Assembly: GCA_013265495.1 (NCBI GenBank)
Contig: MU058844.1
Location: 2,583,520 to 2,647,519 of the forward strand
Length of the DNA stretch: 64,000 bases
Source: Vicugna vicugna
Taxonomy: Eukaryota
Direction of reading: 5' to 3'
Part shown: piece by piece, positions 49,601 to 62,347 of the stretch
How the letters are laid out: the number at the start of each line of letters is the position of its first letter
Position numbering within the stretch: position 1 is the first letter of the stretch
The notes under the pieces: generated by a model
Database searches by the model: none
Told to the model about the DNA's origin: nothing
What the model saw: only the letters and a program-made list of their open reading frames with translations
Made by a program: the position numbers and the translations under genes

Positions 49601-52009
49601 AGCCTTTAAGAAAGCTTGCAAAGGCAATGAGTGAAAATGCTATCATAATAAGACAACACAAAGTGAAAAACATTAGTCACCTTCAATATTAAACTTCCAT
49701 AATTTTCTACAAATCCAGAGCTTAGAAAAGTCTTTGGGACTATAAGTAAAATTACATCAGGCAGACCTGTTAAATAAAGGAGGTCATCAACTAATTGCAT
49801 TGATTGGGATTCCTCCATCCCAACCTAATACACATTTATGAAAATGTATCATTCTACTGGGTACTTTGCCAATTAGATTAAGCAGGCTTGGCATGCTGCC
49901 TTTGAGGAGAAAGTAAACCCTGAAGTTTACTTAATCTTATCTTCTCTCCTCCACAATTCCCTTAGAGAAAATCATACTTGATTCTGTTCTGTTCAGAGTA
50001 ATTTGCCCTCTTCATGAAGAGTTCCCTATCTTCACTGTCTTAGTACTCCCCAGATAGACCTTTGAAAACAGGCAATAAATATATCAGTTCCATGTGGCTC
50101 TGATTCCTCTTACTACCTCATGTTGCATTCAGAATAACTATTGTTTAATATTATTTATAACAATAAAAAAGAGCACCATGATGGCTTCCAGATGTTAGTA
50201 ACATTTAAAAACAAAGTTGATTCAAACATCAGGATTATAAACACCAGAAATGAAGCTAATTCCCACAAAGCTATAATAAATATCCTCCATGCTGTTTTCT
50301 TTTCTAAATTAAAAAATTCTAATTATAAAACAAATGCTTGCTAAGTCATAAAGTACTCAGATTGCACTTAACTATAGGAAGTAAAAAAAATGAAAGACCC
50401 CTTAAGATTCTTACTCTGCATAGACTCCTATGACCCCACCCCTCACCTATAGATAACCACTATTAACATTTTGGTTTATCTTCTTCAAGGATATGTTTTT
50501 TTTCCATTATCTTTGCACACATTACATACAGGTAGATGACAAATAAGTCAACAGATAGATGGAACAACAGGTTGATGTTTTTAAACCAAAATTGCATCAC
50601 CTCTTACATTCTGTTTTGCTATTTTCACCTTAGTAATGTTGACATAGACATTCCTTTCTCAATAAAGTTTGCACAGTATTCTTTTATATAAATGTTTTAT
50701 AATGTACTTAGCCAATTTACTATTGACAGACAAGTATTTGACTTTTTCCCATCAAAATGGGAGATAAGAGACTTTAAAATCTAATTGAATTTGAAACCTC
50801 AATTTAAAAAAATCTACATTAAGATTAGAGTCATTTTAAAAAACACTTGTCTGTTTTTTAAGACTGTTTTTATACTCTCAATTGAGTTGTTGAATGATTC
50901 TAAAACGGCGGTTGCCTTCAAATGTCTGTGTCCAGTATTGCAGATTTTATTTGTCATAAAAGATTTATTTCTTTGGTATAAATTAATGAGTATATCTTCA
51001 TTTGTTTAATTTTTCTCAAGTATTTATTATCAAATTCAACTAGAATCTACATAAAATAAGAACAAATGAATAAATAATTTGATCACAGACACAAACAAAA
51101 TTGATATTAACATTGAATCTCCTGGCTGAGAAGTAATTTGTGAAACAATAATGACTGGTCTCCAACTATTATAGGTGATACAATTGAAGAGGAAGCAGAA
51201 TAATTATAATATTGAAATTAATTCTATTTTATTACTTTTCTGTGGTAATTTAAAGTTATTTTGGGGAGGAAAAAAGCACAGTGTTTCTTTTTTTAAAAAA
51301 TAATCATTGTTAGAGCTTATTATTTTCCTACTGAAATGAAAAAATATTGAAAAAGCAAGCTCAGGTCTCCTATTAAAATTATTCTCAGGGTTTAAGACTA
51401 CTTAGCTTTATTCTTTGCATTTGAAGGTGTTCCATTAGCTTGGTTTGGTTTATAATATCTATAATTAACTATCATATGGGGAAAGAGTTAAAAAAAACAA
51501 CTTTCTTGAAACATGGTGGAGTTAGAATTCAATGTCTATTGAACTTATTTTTAATATCTTAAAATTTAATTGACTGTAGCAAAATGGACAACATTTAGTG
51601 TTCCTTCAAGAATAAAATTCTCAGCCCTGTTTCAAAACCATTTAACCATAGAAGCTTTCTTATTCAACTGCACATTTAAATCATAGAGGACCAGATACGT
51701 TACATAAACTATGTCATCTCTTCATGAAACTGGATGATCCAAAATATTAACAATTTCTCTGGAAAGAGCTTTTCAATTATGTATTTAATGATCCATGGTC
51801 ATAGTATGTGCCTTTTTACTATTATTGTTATCTTAAAATTAGAGTAACCGAGGAATCACAAATAAATTAAATATATACAGAGACTGGAACACTGCAGAAT
51901 GTGAGAATTTGAATGGCATAAAGACAAGAAACTACATTTTCACTTGTTAATTTTGGTGTGTTTCTGTAGAGTTCCAGAAGTCTTCCTCTAACACAGAGGC
52001 AGTTGTAAC

Positions 52010-52340
52010 CCAGTGGAATGAGTTCTAGACTTAGAATCAAAAGTCCACTTCCCCACTGGTTGAAAAGTTCGGCCAATTCATCTATCATCTCTAAGCCTCA
52101 GTTTCTTCTTTAATAATATTAAAATGAACTAGAAAAGAATACCTAACTCTAATAAGCATGACTGAGAGATAATTTTGATTTTTTTTTTTCAGGGGAGGAG
52201 GTAATTAGGTTTGTCTATTTACTTATTTCTTAAATGGAGATGCTAGGGATTGAACCCAGGACATTCTCCATGCTAGGCAGGCACTCTACCACTAAGCTAT
52301 CTCCTCCCCCTTGACAGATAATTTTGAAAATGCTTTTTAA
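52010..52340 (+). mobile_element. MIR SINE interrupted by Vic-1-type SINE
   Basis: 'tctctaagcctcagtttcttctt...aatacctaactc...tgagagataattttga' | SINE | 'aaatgcttttt'. Confidence 0.55.
52179..52311 (-). mobile_element. tRNA-derived SINE, camelid Vic-1 type
   Basis: Reverse complement GGGGGAGGAGATAGCTTAGTGGTAGAGTGCCTGCCTAGCATGGAGAATGTCCTGGGTTCAATCCCTAGCATCTCCATTTAAGAAATAAGTAAATAGACAAACCTAATTACCTCCTCCCCTG-An. Contains A box TAGCTTAGTGG and B box GGTTCAATCC. 16-bp TSD TGA(G/C)AGATAATTTTGA at 52163-52178 / 52312-52327. Confidence 0.9.
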
Positions 52341-53129
52341 CTTATGAAATTCCTATGCAATTTGTAGAAAATATGTAAACAGTAAAACTATCTTATGATC
52401 CCAGTACTGTCATATTCACACTCTTTAATATACCTCCTATCTTAATTATCTGTCACTATCCTAAAATAATTCTGCAATAATTACTAGTTTACAACTCTTT
52501 TCTTCCATTCCCTATTTATCAGCCAGCATGATTGGATTCAGCATTCATAACAGAAAGAGAACTGATGAGAATATAAACATGTTTGATTATCTACCTCAAT
52601 TTCTCTTTTATAACTTTGTATTGATGCTCTTGTTAATAGCTGTGAAAGATCCCACATTGGATTAGCAATGTTTTCCAAAGTACATATTTATGCAATAACA
52701 AATTTATATTTAAAATGTATGTGTATCATCTGATTTTCTCTCTTGAGAAGCATTTTTGGACCTAATTATCATATTTCTTACTGCTTTCTACATAGAAATG
52801 GCAAATACGTTACTGACTATGTAGCAAAGTAGACTGAGGCAGGCAGTAGATGGAGGAGGCATAAATACTTTCAGTTAGGCCAAGCCAAAAGAGTAAGTTA
52901 TGTGGAAAGGATGGAATTTTATTTCATGCACTCCACAAATGTCCACACGGTTATAGGCTGAACCAACATTTACATTCATCTAGTGATTGATTATTTTACC
53001 TAATTCCTTGTTATCTATGAAGCAATTTAAAGTAAATAAGTCACTACTTATGTGTATTAAGGAAAACCATATTAAAATCAAATATTTCATTCTCTAATAT
53101 ATCTTTAAAGATTAAAAATGACGCTTCTA

Positions 53130-54158
53130 AAATTCACAATTACAGCTGGAGACTACACCCCTGTCTCAACAACAAATAGAACACCTAGACAGTAAATGAG
53201 CAAGAATAAAGAAGAATTCAACACCACCATCAACCGACAGGCTCTAAATGACATTTATAGAACATGCCACCTAAATAGATAATATATATTATTTTCAAGT
53301 GCCCATGGAAAATACACCAAAATAGACTGTATCATGGGCCATAAAATAAATGCTAATAAATTTAAAATAGCTGAGAACATACAGTGTGCATTCTTCAACC
53401 ATAGTGAAATGTAACTAGAAATCTCTAACTGCATGGAAACTAAACATCATCCTTATAAATAACCTATGGGTCAAAGAGGAAGTCACAAATAAAATCAAAA
53501 TTATACTTAACTAAATAAAAATGAAAATATATCAAAAAGTGTGTGTCACAGCTATAGCAGTGCTATGGTATTAAATGCATATATTACAAAAGAGAGAAAG
53601 TCTTAAATCAGTTATATAATCTCCCATCTCAAGAAACCACAAAACTAAAAAAATGAATGGAAAGCATTAGAAGGAAGAAATAGTAAATATAAGAGCAGAA
53701 ATCAATAAAATTTTAAAAAGGAAAAGTAGAGAGAAATAATGAAACAGTAAAACTGGTTCTTTGAAAAGATCAATAAAAATTAAAATCTCTGTTTAGATGA
53801 ATGAGAAGAAAAGGGAAGACACAGATTACCAATATCAGGAGTGAAACAAGGGGTATCACTACAGACCCTGAAGACATCAAAAGAATAAAAAGAGGCTATT
53901 AGGAATAATTCTACACACAAAAATTTGACAATTTAGATGAAATAGACCAATTCCTCAAAAAACACAAACTACCACAACTTACCACATATGAAATATTTGA
54001 TTATAATTGGCATGTAACTATAAAAATTTGAATCTATAATTTAAAAAACTCCCAAAAAAGGAATGTACCAGGCCTAGATGGTTTCATTGAAGAACTCTGC
54101 CAAATCTTTAAAGAAAAATTAACACCAATTTTACTCAGTCTCTTCTGGAAAACAGAAC
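53130..54158 (+). mobile_element. Old L1 (L1M) ORF2 fragment, endonuclease to Z region
   Basis: Decayed 'TI.AGD.TP.S..NRT.RQ', 'LNDIYRTCH', 'FSSAHGKYTKID', 'WFFEKINK', 'ITTDPEDIKRI' and 'FDNLDEIDQFLK' segments across frameshifts. Confidence 0.88.
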
Positions 54159-54229
54159 TAGTTGTAAGAATTTTACAAAAATTAAAATAATATTTTTAAT
54201 ATATACTCTGAATCAAATTGTTTACTAGT

Positions 54230-54570
54230 TCACACACATTATCTCTTTTGTCTTTGAGGTCTCAAAGGTGAGAATCCTTATCAACTTTAGAGACAAGAAA
54301 ACAAATTTGGAGAGGTTAAGTGACTGACTTGCCCAAAGTATCATAGTCAGTGGTGATAAAATTACTGATAAATTAACATGTATCTATATTAGGTATTTCA
54401 GATATTTTCTTAAATAATCAAAATAATACTTATGTGATAAAAAGTATTATTCTTTTTCCACTTTAACAGATGATAGATTTTAAGAAAATTGTACATGATC
54501 TTGCAGTTGATGTGTGATATTGCCAGGATTCAGTTCAGACAGCCAAATTCTAAAGCCTGCTCACTCGATC
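54230..54570 (-). mobile_element. Two adjacent degenerate MIR fragments
   Basis: 'tttagagacaagaaaac...gagaggttaagtgactgacttgcccaaagtatcatag' and 'ccactttaacagatga...gccaggattcag...ttctaaagcctgc'. Confidence 0.55.
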
Positions 54571-54806
54571 AACATTATCTGCTTGGAAAAAAAAAAAAAA
54601 AAAAAAAAAGCAGATGCAGAATTCAACTTCTCCTTGCCTAGGGAAGGATTAATTCCTATCTAAATACATGCATCTCATCTAAATACATACCTGCATACAC
54701 ATTCGGTGAGAATCATTTTTGTGCTTTAGATCTGCTAATCTCATTCTAACATGCTCATGATAGTAAAAAATTCAATCTTCTTTACATACATTTTGGTAGG
54801 AATAGT

Positions 54807-55035
54807 TGTTTTAGTTAGCTTGGGCTACCATAACAAAATACCATAGACTGAGGAGCTTAAACAAAAAAACGTATTTGTTTCTTGTTATAAGGACACTCAT
54901 GTCACTATAAGAACATTACCTCATGATCTCATCTAACTCTAATTAACCCCCAAAGGCCATATCTCCAAATATGATCCATTTGGGGTTACGCTTCAACATG
55001 AATTTTGGAGGGGCACAAATATTTCATTCATAAAA
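54807..55035 (-). mobile_element. MaLR LTR (MLT1A-like) with central deletion
   Basis: 'tgttttagttagcttgggctaccataacaaaataccatagactgaggagcttaaacaa' joined directly to 'tataaggacactcat...cctcatgatctcatctaactctaattaacccccaaaggcc...ttcaacatgaattttggaggggcacaaatatt'. Confidence 0.85.
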
Positions 55036-55264
55036 ATAATTTATTCTTACTGGTGTGAGAAAAATAAAAAAGATTGAAAAGTATATAAACTTGAAAAAAA
55101 AAACGATTACAACTTTATTCTTCCAAATTCTACTCCTCAGATATTTTTTCCTCTTTAATCAAGCACATAGGCTTCAGATTAAACATGATATGGAATTGCA
55201 TTGAGTAGCTTCAGAAAAATAACTCTGCAACTGAAAATCAAAATCATAAAATATCCAAGCAGAG

Positions 55265-55885
55265 AATTTTTTGTTTCCAGCTAAGATGAGGAAACAACCC
55301 CCCATTTAACAAGCTAAAATATTTGAAAAAATTAATAATTTGAAAAATAGGCTAAATCTACAAAACACTAGTCTTCATACATTTGACAACAGGCAGCTCA
55401 GGACTGTGATTCTTGAGAGAATAGAAACAAGTAAGGTGATCCATATGATTGCACCAGGTTATTGCTTGCATGAAATTTTCAGTATGTAGCACAGGAAGAA
55501 GGAAGGCAAACCATCAGGCACTCTTGCTGATGAGAGAGAAATTTCACAGTTCAGAGAGGCCTACATGTCTAAAAGGAGGAGGCTTCAGAAAGTTACAGAA
55601 ATAGGCAGAGGAATCCCAACAAGTCATTGAGTACTCATCTGTACTCATCTGTACACATTTGTGAGGAAAATATCTTAAGGCCAGAAAAAGAACCAGCTGT
55701 AAAGATCATTTGAAATATTTCCAGAGCTCACAGAAGGTTGGAAAGAGTTTGAATTCCCAAGAGGCAGAGTGGAACTATCTCATAATACACAGGACATCAT
55801 ACAGAGTCCTCAGAACAGTCTTAGCAGTGCAGCTAAATTAGCCCAAAACCAAATTATGCCCAAGACCCATCCTAAGAAGTGTTAC
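55265..55885 (+). mobile_element. Old L1 5' region fragment (L1MC/MD-type 5' UTR)
   Basis: 'tttccagctaagatgagg...caacaggcagctcaggactgtgattcttgagagaatagaaacaa...ccagagctcacagaaggttggaaagagtttg' resembles ancestral eutherian L1 5' ends from memory. Confidence 0.55.
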
Positions 55886-55958
55886 ATATTACTCGGTGAA
55901 TTTGCAAGAAAATTCTTTTCTTTATGGAACTAGATTTCTCGAACTAGATGTTATTAAT

Positions 55959-56780
55959 GATAATTTGATTTTTACTTTTTTGAGGAAACTCCATACCGTT
56001 TTCCATAATAATTGTACCAATTTACATTCCCACAGTGTAAAAGGGTTCCCTTTTCTTCACATCCTTGCCAAGACTTGTCATCTTTTGTCTTCATGATAAC
56101 AGTCATCCTAACAGGTGTGAGGTAATATCTTATTGTGGTTTCAATTTGCATTTCAAAATCTGCATTCTCTTGATGATTAGCAATGCTGAGCATCTTTTCA
56201 TGTACCTGTAGGCCACCTGCATGCCTTCTTTGGAAAAATGTCTATCTATTTGGGTCCTTTTTCCACTTTAATTGGACTATTTGAGTTCTTCTGCTGCTGA
56301 GTTGCATGAGTTCCTTATCTATGTTGGATATTAACCCATTATCAGATATGTGATTTGCAAATATTTTCTCTTATATTGTAGGTTGCCTTTCCATTTTGTT
56401 GATGGCTTCTTTTGCTGTGAAAAAGCTTTTTAGTTAGATGGAGTCTCATGTATTTATTTTAGCTCTTGATGCCTATGGTTGGTATCCAAAAACTGACTGC
56501 CAAAACCAACATCAAGGAAATTTTTCCCTATGTTTTCCTTTAAGAGTTTTATGATTTCATATCTTACATGTAAGTCTTTAATCCATTTCAAGTTAATTTC
56601 TGTTAGTGGTATAAGACTGGGGGTCCACTTTAACTATTTGACCTGTGGATGTCCATTTTTCCCAGCACCATTTACTGAAGCAACTGTCCTTTTCCCATAG
56701 TATGCTCTTAGTGCCCTTGTCAAAATAGTTCACCATGTACACATGGGTTTATTTCTCTGCTCTCTATTCTGTTCGTTGGT
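55959..56780 (-). mobile_element. Inverted 5' part of an L1MA-type insertion (ORF2 3' region)
   Basis: Antisense L1: ORF 55972-56193 gives 'MQIETTIRYYLTPVRM...SWQGCEEKGTLLHC'; the segment ends at the reverse complement of the DQ.NRIES region. Confidence 0.9.
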
Positions 56781-57399
56781 CAGAATCAACCTGTGTCCAT
56801 TGACAGATAAATGGATAAAGAAAATATGGTGTGTGTATATATGTATGTAGGTATGTATAGATAGATAGATAAATAGATAGGTATATAGATAGAAATATTA
56901 TTTAGACATAAGAAGGAAGGAAATCCTGTCATTTGTCACAAGATGGATGAACCTGGCGGGGATTATGTTAAGTGACGTAAGCTAGACAAAGACAAATACT
57001 GACTTATCTGTGAAATCAAAAAAAAAAAAGCCAATCTCATAGAAACAGAGTAGAACAATGGCTGCCAGGGGCTGAGAGGTGAGAAAAATGGGGAGATACA
57101 GGTCAGAAAATATAAATTTTCAGTTATAAGATAAGCAAGTTCTGACGACCTAATGTACAGCATGGTGCCTATAGTTAATAATTTGTTATCATTTACTTGA
57201 AATTTGTTGAGAGTTGACCTTAAGCATTCTCACTACCAGAAAAAATGAAAGATAGAGATAACTACATGAGATGATGAATGTGGTAATTAACTTGATTGTA
57301 GTAGTCATATTACTATGTATATGTATATCAAATCACCACGTAAATTTTAAATATATACAATTTTATTTGCCAATTATTCCTCCATAAAGCTAGAAAAAA
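56781..57399 (+). mobile_element. 3' part of the same L1 (L1MA9/10-like 3' UTR and tail)
   Basis: 'caacctgtgtccattgacagataaatggataaagaaaatatgg...ttcagttataagataagcaagttctgacgacctaatgtacagcatgg...atatatacaattttatttgccaattattcctccataaagctagaaaaaaa'. TSD AGA(T/A)GTTATTAAT at 55946-55958 / 57400-57412. Confidence 0.9.
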
Positions 57400-59099
57400 A
57401 GAAGTTATTAATTACACAGCTAGCTGTGGTAGTCACATAGCCTGTGATGAATATACACTAGTCCCAATGTCAACAGACAGCAACATATCTTTCTAAAGTA
57501 TAACCTCCTCAGAGGATAATAAGCATTATGTATCTGATTCCTCTTCCTCTCCTTTTCAGTTTTTCTCTCCTTTTTACCTGCTGTCTTTTCTTCCTGCCTG
57601 GTGCCTATATCAAATTCAAACACTAAAGTTACTGACCCTTTAGGGTAGTTCCGTCTTGACAGTATCATCCAAGTCTCCTGTACTGACCTTTTATTTTATT
57701 CTATTCTGTTCTCTCTTCGCTAAACTGAATTTAGTAATATCACAATCCAATCCATCACACAAAAAACTATTTTCTTGCCTAATCACCTATTGTCTTGAGA
57801 TAATGATAATGCTTAATTGAAATCAAGAGTTTCATTGTGTTTATTGCTAATGCCAGTAAGTACTATGTATTTCTTTTAAAGTAGGTAGCAAAGAACTGGA
57901 TGTTAGTAACATGAATAATACATTATACATAATATATACAATATATAATACATTATATCACTTTACCTCTCTAAATAATGGACATGGTATCTATCTATAA
58001 ACATGAGTTCAAAGTCTACTTTCCTTTGCTACAAGGCAACATGATATATGAGAAGGATGTGACTAGAAAAGGTAAAAACTGATGTCAAACAACGATAAGC
58101 TCCAATACACAGTCCACAGAATTGCAAGAAAACTTCCATAACTCTGGGTCTTCAACTGTCAAATTAATGTTTATAAAATCATGTTTTATGCTCCAGTGCT
58201 TCAAAATATGCTGTTATGACTTTGCTGTATAATGTGCTTGATTTTCTAGCCTTCAACAGGATAGAAATAATAGTTTTCTCTAAGCAGAACAAAACAGTGT
58301 TCTTAATTGTGAAAAATAACATTTAGAAGCCAATAGGGTACCAAACAAATTCGCATTGTGTATATATATATATGCTCTTTTTAAAGGACTTCAAAATAGA
58401 TTATAAATTTTAAATTTATTTTCATAAAGCCAATATTAATGCCTGTATATAAAATAGAGGTAAATTTTTAGCAAGTTAGTAAATTAAGACTGGGCACAAG
58501 GAATGATAATTCTATGTAAATATGCAGATAGTTTACAAAAATGTTAATGGTGTTATTTATATTTCCGTATTATTTGGGTATAGTCTCCCTAATTATGTCA
58601 ACTATAGAGTTACTATTTTTTAATATATACATACTTATATTTTTCAATCTCTTATGACCATAGGATAGTTAACTATTCATGGATAATTTAGAAAGCACGG
58701 AGAAGTGTAAAAAGTGTAAAGAAAAATAAAATAATTAACAATTTCAAAATTTAGAAAAAATACTATTAATATTTTTCTATACTTCTTTAGTCTTACACAC
58801 ACACAAACACACACATACAAATGTAATAAAGGACACATGTACACAAACTCATTGTATTCTACATTAGGAAGAAATAGCTCACACAGTGTCAAGGACTTTT
58901 GGAAATTAGAGGCTTGAGGAGATGTGTTCGTGTAAATGAGATGAACTTGGCTTCATACTCTAATACCCGGTAGTGCTAGTGTCCTTACTCTCTTGTTGCT
59001 GTTTTCTCTCTCCCTCATATGTGTGTATATACATACATACACGTGTACACACACATACACGTATAGGCTATAAAATGTACTGTATTTATACTTAAGATA

Positions 59100-59225
59100 C
59101 AGACTTTATTTTTCTTGTTTATCATGTGTACCCCAGTACTTGTATCAGTGTCTGGTAGATATTAGTTGCTCACATATGGATATAGAGAGAGCATTCTCAA
59201 ACATTCTCAAATGTTTATTGAAAGA
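59100..59225 (+). mobile_element. L2 3' end fragment
   Basis: 'gactttatttttcttgtttatcatgtgtaccccagtacttgtatcagtgtctggtagatattagttgctc'. Confidence 0.6.
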
Positions 59226-61126
59226 TAAATTCAACTAGACATTTTTCTGCAGCGATGCTTAGGCAATCAGAAACAGCATAGAGAATTCAGGTGTTGGGTT
59301 CATCTAGGGTTGGACATCTTCCAGATCAGTGTTTCAGAATAAAATGATATCAGGGAAGAAAAACAATATTTGCAATAGAGTATTTACCATATTGATGATA
59401 ACTCTAAGTGGGCACACAAGCTCCTGCACATACCCATACAGTGAAGATAAGAGGAGGCTGACACAGAAAGAATGTGTTGGACCGGAGTTCCACTGAGAAT
59501 GAGAAACTCCTGAAACAGAAGTACTTGAGCCATTAAGGAACTAAGAGAGCAGAGCACCGAGTAGCTAGTTATGTTGAAATCAGCCAGCATGACAGTAGAG
59601 GTCTGAATGGAAAGATCAAAGTTGAGATTAAGACAGATGCTGTGGGACAGAAATTAATGTCTTTGCTAAATAGAGAATACGTGGGAGGTTAGTAGATTAT
59701 TATGACAAGAAGGAAGCAAGGAGAAAAGACTGATGAAGAGGGTGAACCACAAGTAATTAAAGGGTAAAAACATAGAAGAGGGAGTAATAGATTGGAAACC
59801 CATGTCTGACTGGGCTGCAGCAGAAAGGAACCCCTAGAGAAAAAAGCCAGATATCTGCTAGTTAGAGAGATAAAGTATCTTTGAAAGTGAGATAAAAGAT
59901 AAAATGAATAGCTTACTAACCTCCAATCAGGACTTTGTTCTGTTTTTTTCTTTTGATAATATAATTTAGTCATTTTTAGTTAATGGAAGAAAAATTATAA
60001 GAATTTTGGAAAATATGCATGGAATTTCTATTTCCCCATTGTTCTGTAATTATTTCTTCATAATATTTATATACAGAAGTTCATAAATAAATAAGATGAT
60101 ACGAAAATAAACATAAAGTGTTCCAAAAACATCAGTGAATTAACATGATAGGACGTTTGAAGCTGAAGGAACTCACACCATTGTCCAATCTTATCTGCCG
60201 GAAAAGTGGCTTGGCTGAGCAAGAAATGGACGTCTGCCATTTGTGTGGGAGTAAGTGCTTAAAAGTTTCAGTTACCCAAATGTCAGCACAGACTTTTATG
60301 TGGCAACTGTCTCATGTTTGTCTTAGTACTTCCTCTTTTATATCATTAGAAAAAACAGAAACTGGACTGCAAATTTCCATAGTTCATGCTAAAATTTAGT
60401 ATTCCCCATATAACCAGCAAACATACTCACTATCACCTCTTTTACTAAACAATGTACTCAAGATCCTATCTATCAAAATAAGAAAAAATAAATAGAAAAA
60501 TAAGAAATTCAAGAATACAATTTTGTTGTAATTGTTCTCAAGAAAAAATGTTGTCTATTAAGGAAACTCAAATGAATCTAAACCCAAATTATTAAAATTA
60601 ATGACAGTTCAGAGAAATTAATGAACATAAGATAAATTATTTTTAAAATCATATTTTTATATCTTAGTAACGGGGAACACTAAGCTGTAATTTTAAAAAT
60701 ATAATCTACCTGATAGCAGCAAAATAAAGACAGCAAAAAAATCAGGTCAGTGGATAAGATGGTTAAATATATATATGATAATTCTCTCCTTTATTAATAC
60801 ACAAATTTCTGAAATTATAAGAAAAATCTTTTTTTTTTTAAAGAGAGACTTAAAAAGGTATATGGAAATAAAAATTTCCAGTGGTTAAAGACATTTTTGA
60901 AAAGGAAGAGGAAAAAGAGAATAAGATGCACATACTTACTCAACTGGATATCAAGATTATAATGCTGAATTGATAAAGGGAATGGGCATTTCACAGAAAT
61001 AGAAAAGTAGATTAATAGAACAAAATAGACGGCTCATAGACAATCCCATATAGAATGAAATCTTGACTTAGAATGGTCACTGTAGATCAGTGGGAAAGGA
61101 CAAATTCTTTAGTAATAGCTTTCTAT

Positions 61127-61200
61127 ATAATAATAGTAATAATAGTAGTAATAGTAGTAGTAGTAGTAGTAGTAGTAATAATAATAATAATAATAATAAT
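61127..61200 (+). repeat. Compound (TAA)n/(TAG)n trinucleotide microsatellite
   Basis: Directly visible; explains the poly-Val/Ile ORF 61073-61264. Confidence 0.95.
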
Positions 61201-61692
61201 ATCAGTTCTCTGCTTCATGCCATACACAAAAGTCAATTCTGGTGAACTGCTGTTCCACATATGAAAATCAATATTTTAAAACTTAAAAAGAAAATATTTC
61301 TTTCAGATTAGAATAAGGTTCTTTTAGATAAATACATAATTTATGATGGAAATATTAATTCCATTACATTAAAATAAAATACTATTGGTTATCTCAAGAC
61401 CCCATTCAAAAAACGAGAAAAGCCAAATCATAAGGCAAAGAAGAGACAAAAAGAATTGGCATTTAGAATATATAAGTAATACTTACAAATCAATAAGAAA
61501 AACAGAAATGATTCAATAGAAAGTAGTAAATACTATAAAGAGGCAATTCATAAAAGAAATCAAGGTAATAAAAACAAAAACCAAAAAACCTTTAAAGATA
61601 CTTTATGTCACCTGAAATCAAGAAAACGTAAATCAAAACTCAGGTGATGAATAATTCAATACTTCAGTGTCTTGTAAAAATTAAGAAGTCAG

Positions 61693-62125
61693 TGTTGGTT
61701 TGCAAACTCGGGAGTTTCCTCGGTGTAATATGAAACTGGCCCTTGCACACAGAAGGCAAGGAGAGACGGTAGAAAGAGGCAGAGCACTCCATATTGGTAA
61801 GGTAGCAGATTTAATAAACAAGGGAACTTACATACTATGATTGTCTGGGGTGGCCACAAGATGAATAGATCTCCACACTCACCACCAGAATCTTAAAAGT
61901 TTATACAGAGAACTTGAACAGTTCAGTGACATGTTCAATACAGGATGTGTCTCAACAAACCATTGCTCTCTCAAGGTTGAGTCCTTGAAAATGGCTCTCA
62001 TTGTAGAAACAGTGGGCAAAACACACATTCCAAGAACAGAGGAGGGGTGAGGAGCCTCCAATTGCCCAGATCCAGCTCTCGGGTCTACCAGAGATCAAGT
62101 CCTCGAGAGTAGGTCCTCCACCAAC
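61693..62125 (-). mobile_element. ERV solo LTR (~430 bp), antisense, family uncertain
   Basis: Inverted termini TGTTGG...CCAAC. GC-richer than the flanks. On the minus strand a TATA-like 'ctgtataaac' (~61900) lies upstream of ATTAAA (~61812). Interrupts L1ME at 'aagtcag|...|cagcaatacc'. Confidence 0.7.
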
Positions 62126-62140
62126 CAGCAATACCTAATA

Positions 62141-62347
62141 CCGTTGATCCTTGAACAAAGTACTAATCCTCATGCAGTTGAAAATTTGCATGTAACTCTA
62201 CAGTCAACCCTCCACATCCACACAGTTCCACATACAGGGATTCAACCAACAGTGGATTGTGTAGTACTGCAGAATGCATTTATTGGAAAAAATCCACATA
62301 TAAATGGACCCCTGCAGTTCAAACTCATGTTGTTCATGAATCAAATG
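62141..62347. mobile_element. TcMar-Tigger MITE (MER8/Tigger2 family)
   Basis: TIRs ccgttgatccttgaacaa / ttgttcatgaatcaaatg (consensus CAGTTGACCCTTGAACAA), flanked by TA at 62139-62140 and 62348-62349. Confidence 0.85.

Noticed and set aside
52230..52311. A tRNA gene
   Set aside because: The tRNA-like head is followed by a SINE body, A-tail and TSD, so it is a SINE.
61073..61264. Hydrophobic poly-Val/Ile membrane peptide
   Set aside because: It is the translation of a (TAA)/(TAG) microsatellite within an old L1.
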